The translations under genes were made by a program, and so were the position numbers. DNA of 64,000 bases, taken from an uncultured Puniceicoccaceae bacterium. GTDB lineage: Bacteria > Verrucomicrobiota > Verrucomicrobiia > Opitutales > Oceanipulchritudinaceae. The stretch is from NCBI GenBank assembly GCA_963933835.1, contig CAWVVV010000002.1:128001-192000 (forward strand), given 5' to 3'. A model generated the notes under the pieces. It saw only the letters and a program-made list of their open reading frames with translations, was not told the origin of the DNA and ran no database searches. Shown piece after piece: positions 38,645 to 48,304 of the stretch. Each line of letters begins with the position of its first letter. Position 1 is the stretch's first letter.

Positions 38645-40083
38645 CTGCTCCGACTGGGCTCGATCGCACCACGCGAGGTATAGCGAAAGCGAAAGAACAT
38701 CGCGACAGCAACAGGGATCATGCTGATACAGATACCCGCCCAGATGCCGGGAGCTCCCCAACCAAGGCCTTCGGGAAAGTACGGGAGGAGGGCGTTGATC
38801 GGGCCGGGGAGGGCTTCACTTCCATCGAGACGAAAACCCATCCAAAAGCCGAGAGGAAGGCAGCCAAGCCAGTAGCCGACAAAGGCGAGGAGGGTCGGTA
38901 TTCTGGTATCTCGGTAGCCACGCAGGACACCAATCGCCGTCACTTGAACACCATCCGCGATCGCAAGAGCAGCAGCGAAGAGCATGAGGATGGAGGCTAA
39001 TGCGAGGACCTCAGGAGCCCGTGTACCAACACTGTCGTCGAGGTAAAGGCGCGGCAGCCAGTTCCGCCCTAAGGCATAGATTGCAGCCATTCCAGCCATG
39101 AAGACCGCGGCCAAGGCAATCGTAGTCCAACCAATCGTCCGTGCCTCTTCCAGGCGACCGGCGCCTCTCGCCTGCCCCACACGGATGACGGCCGCGAACA
39201 TCACCCCTAGCGGAACCATGAAGGCGAGGCCCGCGTAGTTGAGCGCGATGGAGTGCGCCGCGATCGCAACAACGCCATTGGGCAACCAACCCATCATGAA
39301 ACCAGCGCAGTTAAAGGCCGCGATCTCGAAGAAAATCTGCAGGCCAATGGGGATACCTAGAAAAGTAAGGTCTTTCGCCTGAACCCAGTCGAAGGCCATC
39401 CACTCCTGTCGGCTCCAGCGTAGCGACATCCCGCTCCGCATACGAATCCAAAGGGTTGAGGCGATCAGAACAATGATCCGAGAAAGCAGCGTTGCGATCC
39501 CCGCGCCCACTAGACCCAGCGCAGGCGCTCCGAGGTTTCCATAAATCAGTATCCAGTTTAGAACTACATTTAAAGCGATCGCGCCGAGATTGAACCAAAG
39601 CGGCTCCCATGGGCGTTCGCGCGATTCGCAATAAGCCTTCTGCACAATGAAAAGCATGAGCGGCACGGACGAGGCCGCGAGGAGGAGCAGATAGTCCCGC
39701 CCAAGAACGATCACTTCTTCGGGTTGTCCGAGGTGCCATAGGTCGGTCCAATAGACAATCGCTGCGAGACCACCGCCGAGAACTGCGCTGGCAAAACCCG
39801 CCACGAAGAATCCATTGCGCACGACATGCCGTGCTTTTTGGTCATCCCCCGCCCCATGCGCCTCACCGACCGAGACGCTGATCGCCGTCACAATACCCAA
39901 GCCAACAAACCAAAAGATGTTGAAGACGTTGGTCGCAAAGGTGCCCGCAGCGAGCTCTGCCACGCCGACTCGCCCGACCATCGCCATATCGACGACGTAC
40001 ATCAGCTGCGTAGCCAAGTTTCCGATCACCATCGGAAAGGCTAGCTTGAGGGTTTTGCGCATCTGTTCGAGGGCACCGGACAT
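38641..40083 (-). CDS. MATE family efflux transporter (NorM-like)
   Basis: LAFPM....L....M.VVD.AMVGR, LNWILIYG.LG.P.LG..GAG.AT, D..Q....G.LRG..DT..P. Confidence 0.92.
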   Translation of the reverse strand: MSGALEQMRKTLKLAFPMVIGNLATQLMYVVDMAMVGRVGVAELAAGTFATNVFNIFWFVGLGIVTAISVSVGEAHGAGDDQKARHVVRNGFFVAGFASAVLGGGLAAIVYWTDLWHLGQPEEVIVLGRDYLLLLAASSVPLMLFIVQKAYCESRERPWEPLWFNLGAIALNVVLNWILIYGNLGAPALGLVGAGIATLLSRIIVLIASTLWIRMRSGMSLRWSRQEWMAFDWVQAKDLTFLGIPIGLQIFFEIAAFNCAGFMMGWLPNGVVAIAAHSIALNYAGLAFMVPLGVMFAAVIRVGQARGAGRLEEARTIGWTTIALAAVFMAGMAAIYALGRNWLPRLYLDDSVGTRAPEVLALASILMLFAAALAIADGVQVTAIGVLRGYRDTRIPTLLAFVGYWLGCLPLGFWMGFRLDGSEALPGPINALLPYFPEGLGWGAPGIWAGICISMIPVAVAMFFRFRYTSRGAIEPSRSS

Positions 40084-40194
40084 GTGCCATTCACCAGAGT
40101 CAGATGAGAATCTACAGGCAAGCTCAAGCCGCTCGAACATTATCAGTCAGTGCCGCTTGACCGGACGCATTCGGCGGAGTTGAGTCTATCCTCT

Positions 40195-41382
40195 ATGCGC
40201 GTCCTCATCGCTTTCGATAAATTCAAAGATGCCCTTACCGCCTCTGAGGCCTGCGAAATTACGCGCAGAGCGGTGGAAGAGCGCCTCCCTTCAGCAGATA
40301 TTGAGGTCGCTCCACTAACGGATGGAGGTGAAGGCTTTGTTGAAATCCTCACCCAGCTCAGTGGCGGAACGATCGAAGAGCTCTCCGTTGCAGGTCCACG
40401 CTTCGAACAAACCGATGTAATAATGGGCTGGGCCGAATTAGCAGAGCTCCCGGAAAGTGTCGTCGCACAACTCGACGTCCCTCAACAAGGACGCCTTGCG
40501 ATCATTGAAATGGCTCAGGCGAGCGGACTCGAGCTCCTCAACCCTGAAGAGCGAGACCCATGGCAGACCTCTACCTTTGGCACCGGCGAGCTCATCGCCC
40601 ACGCCACCGAGATGGGCGCTGCAGCCATCCTCCTTGGCATCGGCGGTAGTGCGACGAACGACCTCGGCCTCGGCGCTCTCGAAGCGCTCAGCCTCCAAGC
40701 CTATCAGGCAGACCTTCAACCCGTCCCGCAGATCACACCTGAAAAATGGTCACAGATCACCTCGCTCGGCGGACTGGTCAATGCGGAGCGACGCTTCCCT
40801 CCCATCCGTATCGCCTGTGATGTGGACAATCCTCTCCTCGGAGAACATGGCGCGACGCACACTTTCGGACCCCAAAAAGGCTTGAAGCCGGAAGACATCG
40901 ATCGCTTTGAGCGTGGCATGCGCAAGCAAGCCCTGCGCCTCCTCGGTCTCTTTGCCCACGAACCCATAAGCTTCGAAGAGAAGCTCGCCGAGCCTGGCAG
41001 TGGAGCGGCGGGCGGCATCGGCTTCGGGCTGCGCACGAGTCTACCAGACGCTCGCTACGTCGCAGGTTTTCCGCTCGTAGAGGCGTGGCTGCAATTGGCC
41101 AAAAAAATCGACTCGGCCAACCTTGTCATCACCGGAGAAGGAGCCTTCGACGCCAGCTCTCTGCGTGGCAAAGGGCCGGGCACGGTTGTTTCGATGGCAG
41201 AAAAGGCGGGCCGCCGCGTCCAGCTTTTCGCGGGAGCGGTGGGCAGAGACGTTGCCGAAAAGTTGCCTTCCCGAGCGGGTGCTACGGCCATCAGCCCGCC
41301 CGAGCTCCCTCTCCCTCAGGCACTTAAAGAAGCGCCGGAGCGTCTAAAGCATTCAGTGGAAGCCTTCCTGGCCGATCTATAA
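40195..41382 (+). CDS. glxK: Glycerate kinase (GlxK family)
   Basis: IAFDKFK, PLTDGGEG, IEMAQASGL, GIGGSATND.G.G, GAAGG, ITGEG.FD.SS..GK. Confidence 0.9.
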   Translation: MRVLIAFDKFKDALTASEACEITRRAVEERLPSADIEVAPLTDGGEGFVEILTQLSGGTIEELSVAGPRFEQTDVIMGWAELAELPESVVAQLDVPQQGRLAIIEMAQASGLELLNPEERDPWQTSTFGTGELIAHATEMGAAAILLGIGGSATNDLGLGALEALSLQAYQADLQPVPQITPEKWSQITSLGGLVNAERRFPPIRIACDVDNPLLGEHGATHTFGPQKGLKPEDIDRFERGMRKQALRLLGLFAHEPISFEEKLAEPGSGAAGGIGFGLRTSLPDARYVAGFPLVEAWLQLAKKIDSANLVITGEGAFDASSLRGKGPGTVVSMAEKAGRRVQLFAGAVGRDVAEKLPSRAGATAISPPELPLPQALKEAPERLKHSVEAFLADL

Positions 41383-41442
41383 GGGAAGCATTACCCTTAC
41401 CCCTAATTTCCACGATGCACCACACCCCTTTGCCTCGAACTA

Positions 41443-42141
41443 ATGACTGATGATGAAGAGTTCCTCCGCGCTCTTCGACGTGGTCGTATCGCGAGGGTAA
41501 AACGCATCCTCCGCTGGCTTCCGCGCAAGGCGACGATTCATCGCTATCCAATCGTGGGTCGCTTTGCCAATTCAGCACGGAAACACGGCTTCCTCTGGTC
41601 GTTCCGAACTGCAGAAGCGCTGCCGGCTCTCTACGCAGGATTCCTCCTCGCCTTCACTCCGATCTACGGGCTGCAGATTCCGATCGCATTCTTTCTCGCC
41701 CTCAAGCTCCGAGCAAACCTTCCCATTCTTGTCGGGCTGCAGATGCTCACAAATCCGCTCACCGCAGTTCCAATCTACTACGCGGGCTACCATATTGGTC
41801 GGATAACGCTTGAGCTCGTCGGCTTCTCGTTTCCGCACCTGAATTCGAGCGAATTCAAGCTCCTCTTTGACCATATAATGACCCTTAACTTCGGGCATTC
41901 CTTCTCCTTTCTCGCACGCATACTCACTGTAATAAGTGTTGGCGGATGGATGATTGGACTTCTGCTCGGAACCGTATCAGCGATGCTCTACCGTCTAGGA
42001 GCACAGGAACTCATTAAAACCTATGGTCGCCTTCAAGGGCTTCAACAGAAGCGTTTGGACGCCATTGCGAGAGGGGAATTCGAACTTCGAAAAACACGCA
42101 TTCCTTTCCCTCGCCAAAAACGCCCTCGCACTACTGAGTAA
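41443..42141 (+). CDS. DUF2062 domain membrane protein
   Basis: LW.F, G..LAF.P..G.QI, RANLP, TNPLT.VPIYY. Confidence 0.8.
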   Translation: MTDDEEFLRALRRGRIARVKRILRWLPRKATIHRYPIVGRFANSARKHGFLWSFRTAEALPALYAGFLLAFTPIYGLQIPIAFFLALKLRANLPILVGLQMLTNPLTAVPIYYAGYHIGRITLELVGFSFPHLNSSEFKLLFDHIMTLNFGHSFSFLARILTVISVGGWMIGLLLGTVSAMLYRLGAQELIKTYGRLQGLQQKRLDAIARGEFELRKTRIPFPRQKRPRTTE

Positions 42142-42148
42142 AGAGCTA

Positions 42149-43390
42149 GTGCGAATACTCCGACTTCTCCTCGTCACTTTTTGGCTTACTCAGCTAGTCC
42201 ACGGCATCACCCCGATCAAACTCGGGATCGATATCCTTGAGGAACGACGCTTCGACATATTGCAGGGCCAACGCGTTGGGCTTTTAACCCACCCAGCGGG
42301 TCTCAATCGTCTCGGAGTGAGCTCGATTAAAGTGCTGCGGCAGGCGCCGGAAGTGGATCTAGTCGCGCTCTTCGGGCCTGAACACGGCATCTATGGAGAC
42401 GAGAAAGCCGACGTCCCCGTCGATGACAAGATCGACCCGCGGACCGGCCTACCCGTCTACTCCCTTTATGGAAAGTTTCGCCGGCCCACCGCCGCGATGC
42501 TCGACCGCATCGATGTGCTTGTAGTAGATTTGCAAGACATTGGGACGCGCAGCTACACCTACGTGAGCTGTATGCGCTACGCAATGGAAGCCTGTTTCAA
42601 TGCCGGAAAAACGGTTGTTGTGCTGGACCGTCCAAACCCACTCGGCGGCTTCAAGGTCGATGGTCCGATCCTAGACAACAAGTGGCGGAGCTATGTTGGG
42701 GCCTTCCCTACTCCCTACGTGCACGGTCTTACGATTGGAGAACTCGCCCGTTTCGCTAAGGGGACGCCCGGTGTAATGGAAATTTCGGACGAAATCCGTG
42801 AAAGCGGACAACTCATCGTCGTCCCGATGCAAAGTTGGAACCGACAGATGCTCTGGACTCAGACAGGCCTGAAGTGGGTGCCCACCTCTCCCGCCATCCC
42901 TGATCTCTCAGCCGTCCTCGGCTACCCGATGGCGGGACTCGGAACACAGCTTGGGCGATTCTCTCATGGCTACGGAACCGCCTTCCCGTTTCGCCTTTTG
43001 CGCTACCCCGGTGTCCGGCCTGAAGTGCTCGCGAAAAAGTTGACCTCTAAAGCGATACCTGGACTCGCCTTCCGCGTCATCAATTTCGAACAGAGGGGGA
43101 AACAGATCGAGGGTGTCTACATCGTCGTAACGAACTGGTCCCTCCTCCGTCCCACCGAACTGAGCTTTCACCTCATGCAGCTAGCCTGCGAACTCAGCAA
43201 CTCAAACCCATTCGCAGCCGCCCGTGAATCGCACCAAAACCTCTACAACAAGCACGTCGGTAGCAGTGCTTGGTGGACCGCTTTGAGTGAGCAGGGAGTC
43301 GATGTTCCGGTCGGGACCTTTGTCACCGAATGGGCCGTAGCGGCGAAGGCATGGCAGGCCTCAAGTCGCCCTTTTTGGCTCTACCGCTAG
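42149..43390 (+). CDS. namZ: Exo-beta-N-acetylmuramidase NamZ (DUF1343) family
   Basis: [52 protein letters not shown] start chosen after the DUF2062 stop. Confidence 0.88.
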   Translation: MRILRLLLVTFWLTQLVHGITPIKLGIDILEERRFDILQGQRVGLLTHPAGLNRLGVSSIKVLRQAPEVDLVALFGPEHGIYGDEKADVPVDDKIDPRTGLPVYSLYGKFRRPTAAMLDRIDVLVVDLQDIGTRSYTYVSCMRYAMEACFNAGKTVVVLDRPNPLGGFKVDGPILDNKWRSYVGAFPTPYVHGLTIGELARFAKGTPGVMEISDEIRESGQLIVVPMQSWNRQMLWTQTGLKWVPTSPAIPDLSAVLGYPMAGLGTQLGRFSHGYGTAFPFRLLRYPGVRPEVLAKKLTSKAIPGLAFRVINFEQRGKQIEGVYIVVTNWSLLRPTELSFHLMQLACELSNSNPFAAARESHQNLYNKHVGSSAWWTALSEQGVDVPVGTFVTEWAVAAKAWQASSRPFWLYR

Positions 43391-43423
43391 CAATAAGCGG
43401 CCGGACCGATGAGCTCCGGACAT

Positions 43424-43457
43424 AAAAAAGCGCTCTGTCCCCATCGGAACAGCGCGC
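43424..43457 (-). terminator. Intrinsic terminator of the Cys-rich gene
   Basis: Minus strand GCGCGCTGTTCC-GATG-GGGACAGAGCGC then T6. Confidence 0.75.
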
Positions 43458-43541
43458 GAAATTCAATTAGGAGCTGAATATAGCGAGTGTGCTATTCGGT
43501 GCTTTCTGCCTTCTCAGCACTCTTTTTCGCAACCTTCGCCA

Positions 43542-43613
43542 CACTCAGGTTTTGCGGCACACTCTCATTTCTCAGCGCACTCAGGTTTTGCGGCACACTC
43601 TCATTTCTCAGCG
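43542..43613 (-). repeat. Two perfect 36-bp tandem copies, each containing an in-frame TGA
   Basis: CACTCAGGTTTTGCGGCACACTCTCATTTCTCAGCG x2 on the + strand. Confidence 0.95.
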
Positions 43614-43915
43614 CACTCTGATTTTTCGGCACAGGCTTCTTTTTCAGCACATTCCGCTTTATCCGCGCAGCATGCTTTTTCTTTTTCACATTTAGCAGCG
43701 CAGCATGCTTTTTCTTTTTCACATTTAGCAGCGCAGCATGCTTTTTCTTTTTCACATTTAGCAGCGCAGCATGCTTTATCACAATCAGCCGAGCAGGCTT
43801 CTTTTTCAGCGCAGCAAGCTTTTGCACGGTCAGCAGGGCAGGCTTCAGCGTGGTGATCGGCGTAAGACATTCCGCCAAGGAACAAGAGGGAGGTAAAAAG
43901 TAGGAGGTTCTTCAT
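43601..43915 (-). CDS. Secreted Cys-rich repeat protein, metallothionein-like (ancestral CDS probably extended to 43492)
   Basis: Signal peptide MKNLLLFTSLLFLGGMSYA; 19 Cys in the ~85-aa mature part; own terminator downstream. Confidence 0.8.
   Translation of the reverse strand: MKNLLLFTSLLFLGGMSYADHHAEACPADRAKACCAEKEACSADCDKACCAAKCEKEKACCAAKCEKEKACCAAKCEKEKACCADKAECAEKEACAEKSECAEK
43665..43777 (-). repeat. Three perfect 33-bp tandem copies plus a partial copy (KACCAAKCEKE unit)
   Basis: GCGCAGCATGCTTTTTCTTTTTCACATTTAGCA at 43665, 43698 and 43731. Confidence 0.96.
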
Positions 43916-44117
43916 CGTTGATTTATTGGAGGATTATTTCGGTAAAGGAGTAAGAGAAGTGCACTGGACAATTTATTCAATTAAATATCGGTATTCTTTG
44001 AAGAAGTAACAAGTGATTATCTCCCAATAAGGTATAGAGGCTACACTCTAAGCGCCATTGGCACTCGCCAATTCAGCAACGAAACCAAGAAAACCGCCCA
44101 CAGCTCGCCAACGCCTA

Positions 44118-44146
44118 TTGACCCCAATTAATGATTATCAATTATT
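44118..44146 (+). promoter_or_regulatory. TTGACC promoter overlapped by a Fur-box-like sequence
   Basis: TTGACC-CC-AATTAATGATTATCAATTATT; 12/19 match to GATAATGATAATCATTATC by hand. Confidence 0.35.
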
Positions 44147-44223
44147 GCCCCTGCAGGCTGACGCATTAGCTACTATTAGACCCCCAGCGATCGAGTTACA
44201 CCTCACTCAACACCACCTCCCCT

Positions 44224-46034
44224 ATGATCAATACCATCTCCCATTTCGACTACGGCGTCATCGCCCTCTATTTCGGCTTTATGGTCCTGATCGGGTATGT
44301 CTTCCGAACCTTCATCACGAATACGAAGGACTACTTCGTCGGCGGGGGATCGATGCTTTGGTGGATGACGGGGTCTTCGGCCTTCATGATGGCCTTCAGC
44401 GCGTGGACTTTTACGGGCGCAGCGAGCAGCGCTTACACCCACGGCCCAATCATGGTCATGACGATTTTTATGGGTAATGCCGTCGGCTTTTTTGTGAACT
44501 ACATTTGGTCGGCCGCGCTTTTTCGCCAGATGCGTGTGTTGACGCCGATTTAGGCGATGCGGATGCGCTTTGGCCGCGTCAATGAGCAGTTTTCACCTGG
44601 TCGTTTGTTCCGACGAACGTCGTTCAGGGTAGGATTTGGCTAACCGGTCTGGGTGTCTTTTGCGCGGCGGTCTTCGGCTTCGATTTGCAGACGACGATCA
44701 TCGTGACGGGTTCGGTCGTGGTCTTTGTCTCCCTTGTGGGAGGTAGTTGGGCAGTCGTCGCGAGTGACTTTATGCAGGTGCTCGTGATCCTGCCGATCTC
44801 GATCATCATGGCCTATTTTACCCTCGATCATATCGGTGGTGTGGGCCAGCTGATTGAACAGTTCCCAGTAGAGTCTCCCTTGGGCAATGACCTGAACTAC
44901 CGGACGATCCTTGTTTTCTGGGTCCTCGCGATGATCCTTCAGAAGCTGCTTTCGCTGAACAACATCATGGATGCGTATCGCTTCCTGACGGCGAAAGACA
45001 CGGAAAACGCCCGCAAGGCGTCCCTCCTCGCTTCGGTGCTTTTCCTCATCGGGCCGATCCTTTGGTTCATCCCGCCGATGGTCGCGGCGATCGTCTATCC
45101 TTCTGTCGCAGGGGAAGGGCAGCAAACGCTCGGTGAGTTGATGCCTGGGCTTTCAAATCCTGCCGAGGGTGCCTATGTCGCGATGGGCCTGAAGCTGCTG
45201 CCGGCAGGTATGATCGGTATCCTCCTCTCGGCTATTTTTGCCGCGACGATGTCCTCGATGGACAGTGGTCTGAACCGCAATGCGGGGATCATCGTTAAGA
45301 ATTTCTACAACAGTGTCTTGCGCCCAGAGGCCACTGATAAGGAGCTTCTCACCGCGAGCAAGCTGACAACAGCGCTGCTCGGGGTCGGCATCATCAGTGC
45401 AGCGGTCTGGTTTAGTAATAACGAAACGCTGGGCCTCTTCGACCTCATGTTGCAGTTTACGGCCCTGATCGCACTCCCGCTGAATGTGCCGATGCTCTGG
45501 GGAATGGTCTTTAAGCGCACGCCGGACTGGTCAGGCTGGGCGACAGCACTTTTTGGTCTCTGTGTCGCGTGGTCGGTGAAGCACTTCTTTGATCCCGTCT
45601 GGGCGGAGAGCTTCTTTAACCTCGAAGTGCCGATGACGGCTCGTGAGATCAATGACTATATCTTCCTCACCGCTGTGATCTCGAATGTGGGGCTGTCCTC
45701 CCTCTTCTTCTGGTCTACCAAGTTCTTTTACAAAGAGCCGACGGAAGGTGAGCGCAAAGAAGAGTCAGACCTCCTTTTCAAGAACATGCATACCCCAGCT
45801 ACGGTGGCGGAAAATGAAGGCCGCTCGACGGATACCCGCCAAGCGAAGATTCTTGGCTACCTTTCGATGGCCTACGGTGGCTTTATCGCTCTGCTCATCT
45901 TCATCCCGAATCCAATTGAAGGGCGGTTGGCGTTTTTATTCTGCGGTGCGTTTCTCGCAACGATCGGTGGTCTTCTCCTGCTCTCCGCGCGCAAAAGTGC
46001 TCGCGTGGACAAGGCGCTAGAGAATGCAGGCTAG
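44224..46034 (+). pseudogene. Sodium:solute symporter family transporter with a nonsense codon and a frameshift
   Basis: DYFVGG..M.WW..G.S, FSAWTFTG, AATMSS.DSGLN. TAG at 44551-44553; one T missing in the run at 44590-44593 (restores NEQFFTWSFVP...IWL into ORF 44685-46034). Confidence 0.88.
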
Positions 46035-46107
46035 GGCTGGCTGCAGGTTGTTTGGAGCGATAGTGGCGTAAGCCGGTGCCCTACGAGGCACTGGATAAAG
46101 CGTGGTG

Positions 46108-46938
46108 TTACTCTTTCGGCCACGTCTGCCAAGCGGGTGACCAACAGGTCGTTCTCCCGCCGATTTTTTCTCGCTCCAGCGGCTTGCCCGTTTGCGGGCA
46201 GAAACCGCCGTCTTTCCAGCGATGGTTAAAGAGCCAGTGGCCTGGGACTTGCGCGTTGAGTGACTGGGGCACATGGCCTCCACCTTGGTCTGCGATCTCT
46301 CTCATCGCGTCCTCTGTGACCTCGATGATGCGGGCGTAAAGTTGGCTCAGCTTTTGGCCTTTTATTTGGCCAGCGAGGCAGTCTGGCCGAATCCGCGCGC
46401 GCCAGAGGATTTCGTCCGCCATCCAATTTCCAATGCCGGGGAAACGTTCCTGCATGAGCAGCACCGCTTTAATCGGGGCACGCTGCCGCCGGATCAGGAA
46501 TGCCTTTACTACGTCTCGGGTGAACGCTTCTGAAAGCACCGGCGGCGGCAGTTTTGTCCACCACTGCGGGAGCTCCTCGCCTGACGCCCACTCCACCTTT
46601 CCAAACATACGATAGTCAGAAAAAACGAGCGCGCGCTTTGATGTGTAGAGGACGAGATGATCGTGCCGATCTGGCACCATCACTGGATCAGCAACGAGCA
46701 ACCTGCCCGCCATCCCAAGGTGGATCCCAAGGCACCCCGCTTTAAAGCGAAAGAGCATCTGCTTCGCCTGTGCCTCGGAGTCGATCAGGACCGAACCCGT
46801 GAGCGACTTCTTCAACTTTATGCAGTCCACCTCCCGAAAAATCCGCGCCTTCGGGTGCAACGCTACTCGCTCGATACGCTCACCGTGTCCAGGCGCCCAT
46901 TGACGCCGAAAAAACTCAACTTCTGCCAGCTCAGGCAT
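46108..46938 (-). CDS. Fpg/Nei family DNA glycosylase
   Basis: MPELAEVE N terminus, HLGMAG, D.R.FG, H2TH motif GIGNWMADEILW.A.I.P. Confidence 0.93.
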   Translation of the reverse strand: MPELAEVEFFRRQWAPGHGERIERVALHPKARIFREVDCIKLKKSLTGSVLIDSEAQAKQMLFRFKAGCLGIHLGMAGRLLVADPVMVPDRHDHLVLYTSKRALVFSDYRMFGKVEWASGEELPQWWTKLPPPVLSEAFTRDVVKAFLIRRQRAPIKAVLLMQERFPGIGNWMADEILWRARIRPDCLAGQIKGQKLSQLYARIIEVTEDAMREIADQGGGHVPQSLNAQVPGHWLFNHRWKDGGFCPQTGKPLEREKIGGRTTCWSPAWQTWPKE

Positions 46939-46941
46939 GGG

Positions 46942-48042
46942 CTAGCCCTGTTCGCCAAGGCAACGGACAGCGACTTCGGCCATGATGGCTTCCTGCTCGT
47001 TCGGACGGTCAAGAATGCCCGTAAACGCCGAAACGAAGGCCTCTTGAAAATTCATCAATTGCTTGAGCGAGAGATGTCGCAAAGGCATCGCGAGACGGCT
47101 GAGATACCATGGGTTCTGAGAAAACAGATTGAAGCTCGATTTTGCAGTCGAGCCCTCGAAGGCCTCGCCAAAACGTGCCGCGGCTTGTTCGAGCGCGGGC
47201 TTCGAGATGCGATCGCTCAAGGCTCTGGCGTCTTGCAGCGCCTTGATCTGTAGAAGGAGGCGATTGCGGTTTTGCAAAGAGGTGATCATCGGGCGCCCAT
47301 CGTGCCCCGCAAAGAAGTGCTGCCGAATCGCTCGGAGCGTCCACTGGAGGTCTAGGCTATAGAAGGCTTCTGCCGTCTCAAAAAAGTCGCCTTCACCAAA
47401 ATTCGGGACGAGTTCGGTGATGTGTTGCTCTTCAATACGCCCCCCCTCAGCCCCTAGATAAGTTGCGAGTTTGCGGACTTCTTCGAGACCAAGGCGGAGA
47501 TTGCCGTTGATCTTTGCCATGAGGACTTCGGCAGAGCCGGGAGCCATCGTCACACCCTGTTTTTCTGCTTCACGGTTCAGCTCAGCCGCAGACGCCGTCC
47601 CGTCATTTTTATCCTCTAGAAATTCGTATGCGCCGTTCTTCTTCCACCAATCGACGAGCTTTTTACTCCGGCGGCTGAAGGGGCTGGCCGAAAGCAAAAC
47701 GGCGACTTCGCCTGCTTTGAGTCCCTCAAGCGTCGCCTGAATTTTTGCGATGAGCTCTTTTGCTCCTTCGGTCCCGCCGGGGCGGGCATCGCCAGAGAAA
47801 GAAATATTCTTGAACCAGACCGCTTTACGATCACCGAACATCGGCATCGTCTGAACAGCGCTGATAAATCGTCCAACCGCCACATCCGCCTCGGTCAAAT
47901 TGCTCGATTGTCCATCAACAATCTCTACCGCATAGGGGTCGTCAATCCCCTTGGAAAAAGTCGCCCAATGCTCCGCCGCGCGTCGCATGACACGAAAATC
48001 ATCCGGACCGCAGACAAGCGTAAATGCCTTCTCAGCACTCAC
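46942..48042 (-). CDS. holA: DNA polymerase III delta subunit
   Basis: LVCGPDDF, TMPMFGDRK.V, GNLR....E..KL..Y; 366 aa. Confidence 0.85.
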   Translation of the reverse strand: MSAEKAFTLVCGPDDFRVMRRAAEHWATFSKGIDDPYAVEIVDGQSSNLTEADVAVGRFISAVQTMPMFGDRKAVWFKNISFSGDARPGGTEGAKELIAKIQATLEGLKAGEVAVLLSASPFSRRSKKLVDWWKKNGAYEFLEDKNDGTASAAELNREAEKQGVTMAPGSAEVLMAKINGNLRLGLEEVRKLATYLGAEGGRIEEQHITELVPNFGEGDFFETAEAFYSLDLQWTLRAIRQHFFAGHDGRPMITSLQNRNRLLLQIKALQDARALSDRISKPALEQAAARFGEAFEGSTAKSSFNLFSQNPWYLSRLAMPLRHLSLKQLMNFQEAFVSAFTGILDRPNEQEAIMAEVAVRCLGEQG

Positions 48043-48265
48043 CGTTTTTAGCCTCCTTGCCTCGGCGCGTTGTCAGGGCGCAAATCAAACCTTGGTCAAA
48101 ATTCAGCCGAGGAAGTATCCGTTTTCTCAATACACGCTTGAGCAATGCATTAGCGTTAAAGAGGCCGAGTGAAACCAGGATCACAAGAAGAAGCGAAAGC
48201 GGTGTGAAGGAAATCGTTCCAACGGAAAACTCACGCAACCAAAACTCGAGTAAAAACCATTCCAT
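48032..48265 (-). pseudogene. Probable N-terminal remnant of an MscS-family channel gene
   Basis: FSVGTISFTPLSLL...LKRVLRKRILPRLNFDQGL..AL.T resembles MscS TM1 and the following loop, then ends abruptly at the holA start. Confidence 0.4.
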
Positions 48266-48304
48266 GTCTCTAGTGGACTAACGGCGCAGTCAGTCGACGA
48301 GCGC

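Noticed and set aside
43492..43878. Lys-rich 128-aa ORF (KKKKHAALLNV repeats) as a separate gene
   Set aside because: Alternative frame of the Cys-rich tandem repeats. Only its last residues (AEKAESTE) plausibly belong to the real protein.
21337..44553. Stop-codon reassignment explaining in-frame TAA, TAG and TGA
   Set aside because: All three codons end intact genes here (TAA dnaJ, TAG carB, TGA cinA), and each internal stop is one base from a plausible sense codon.
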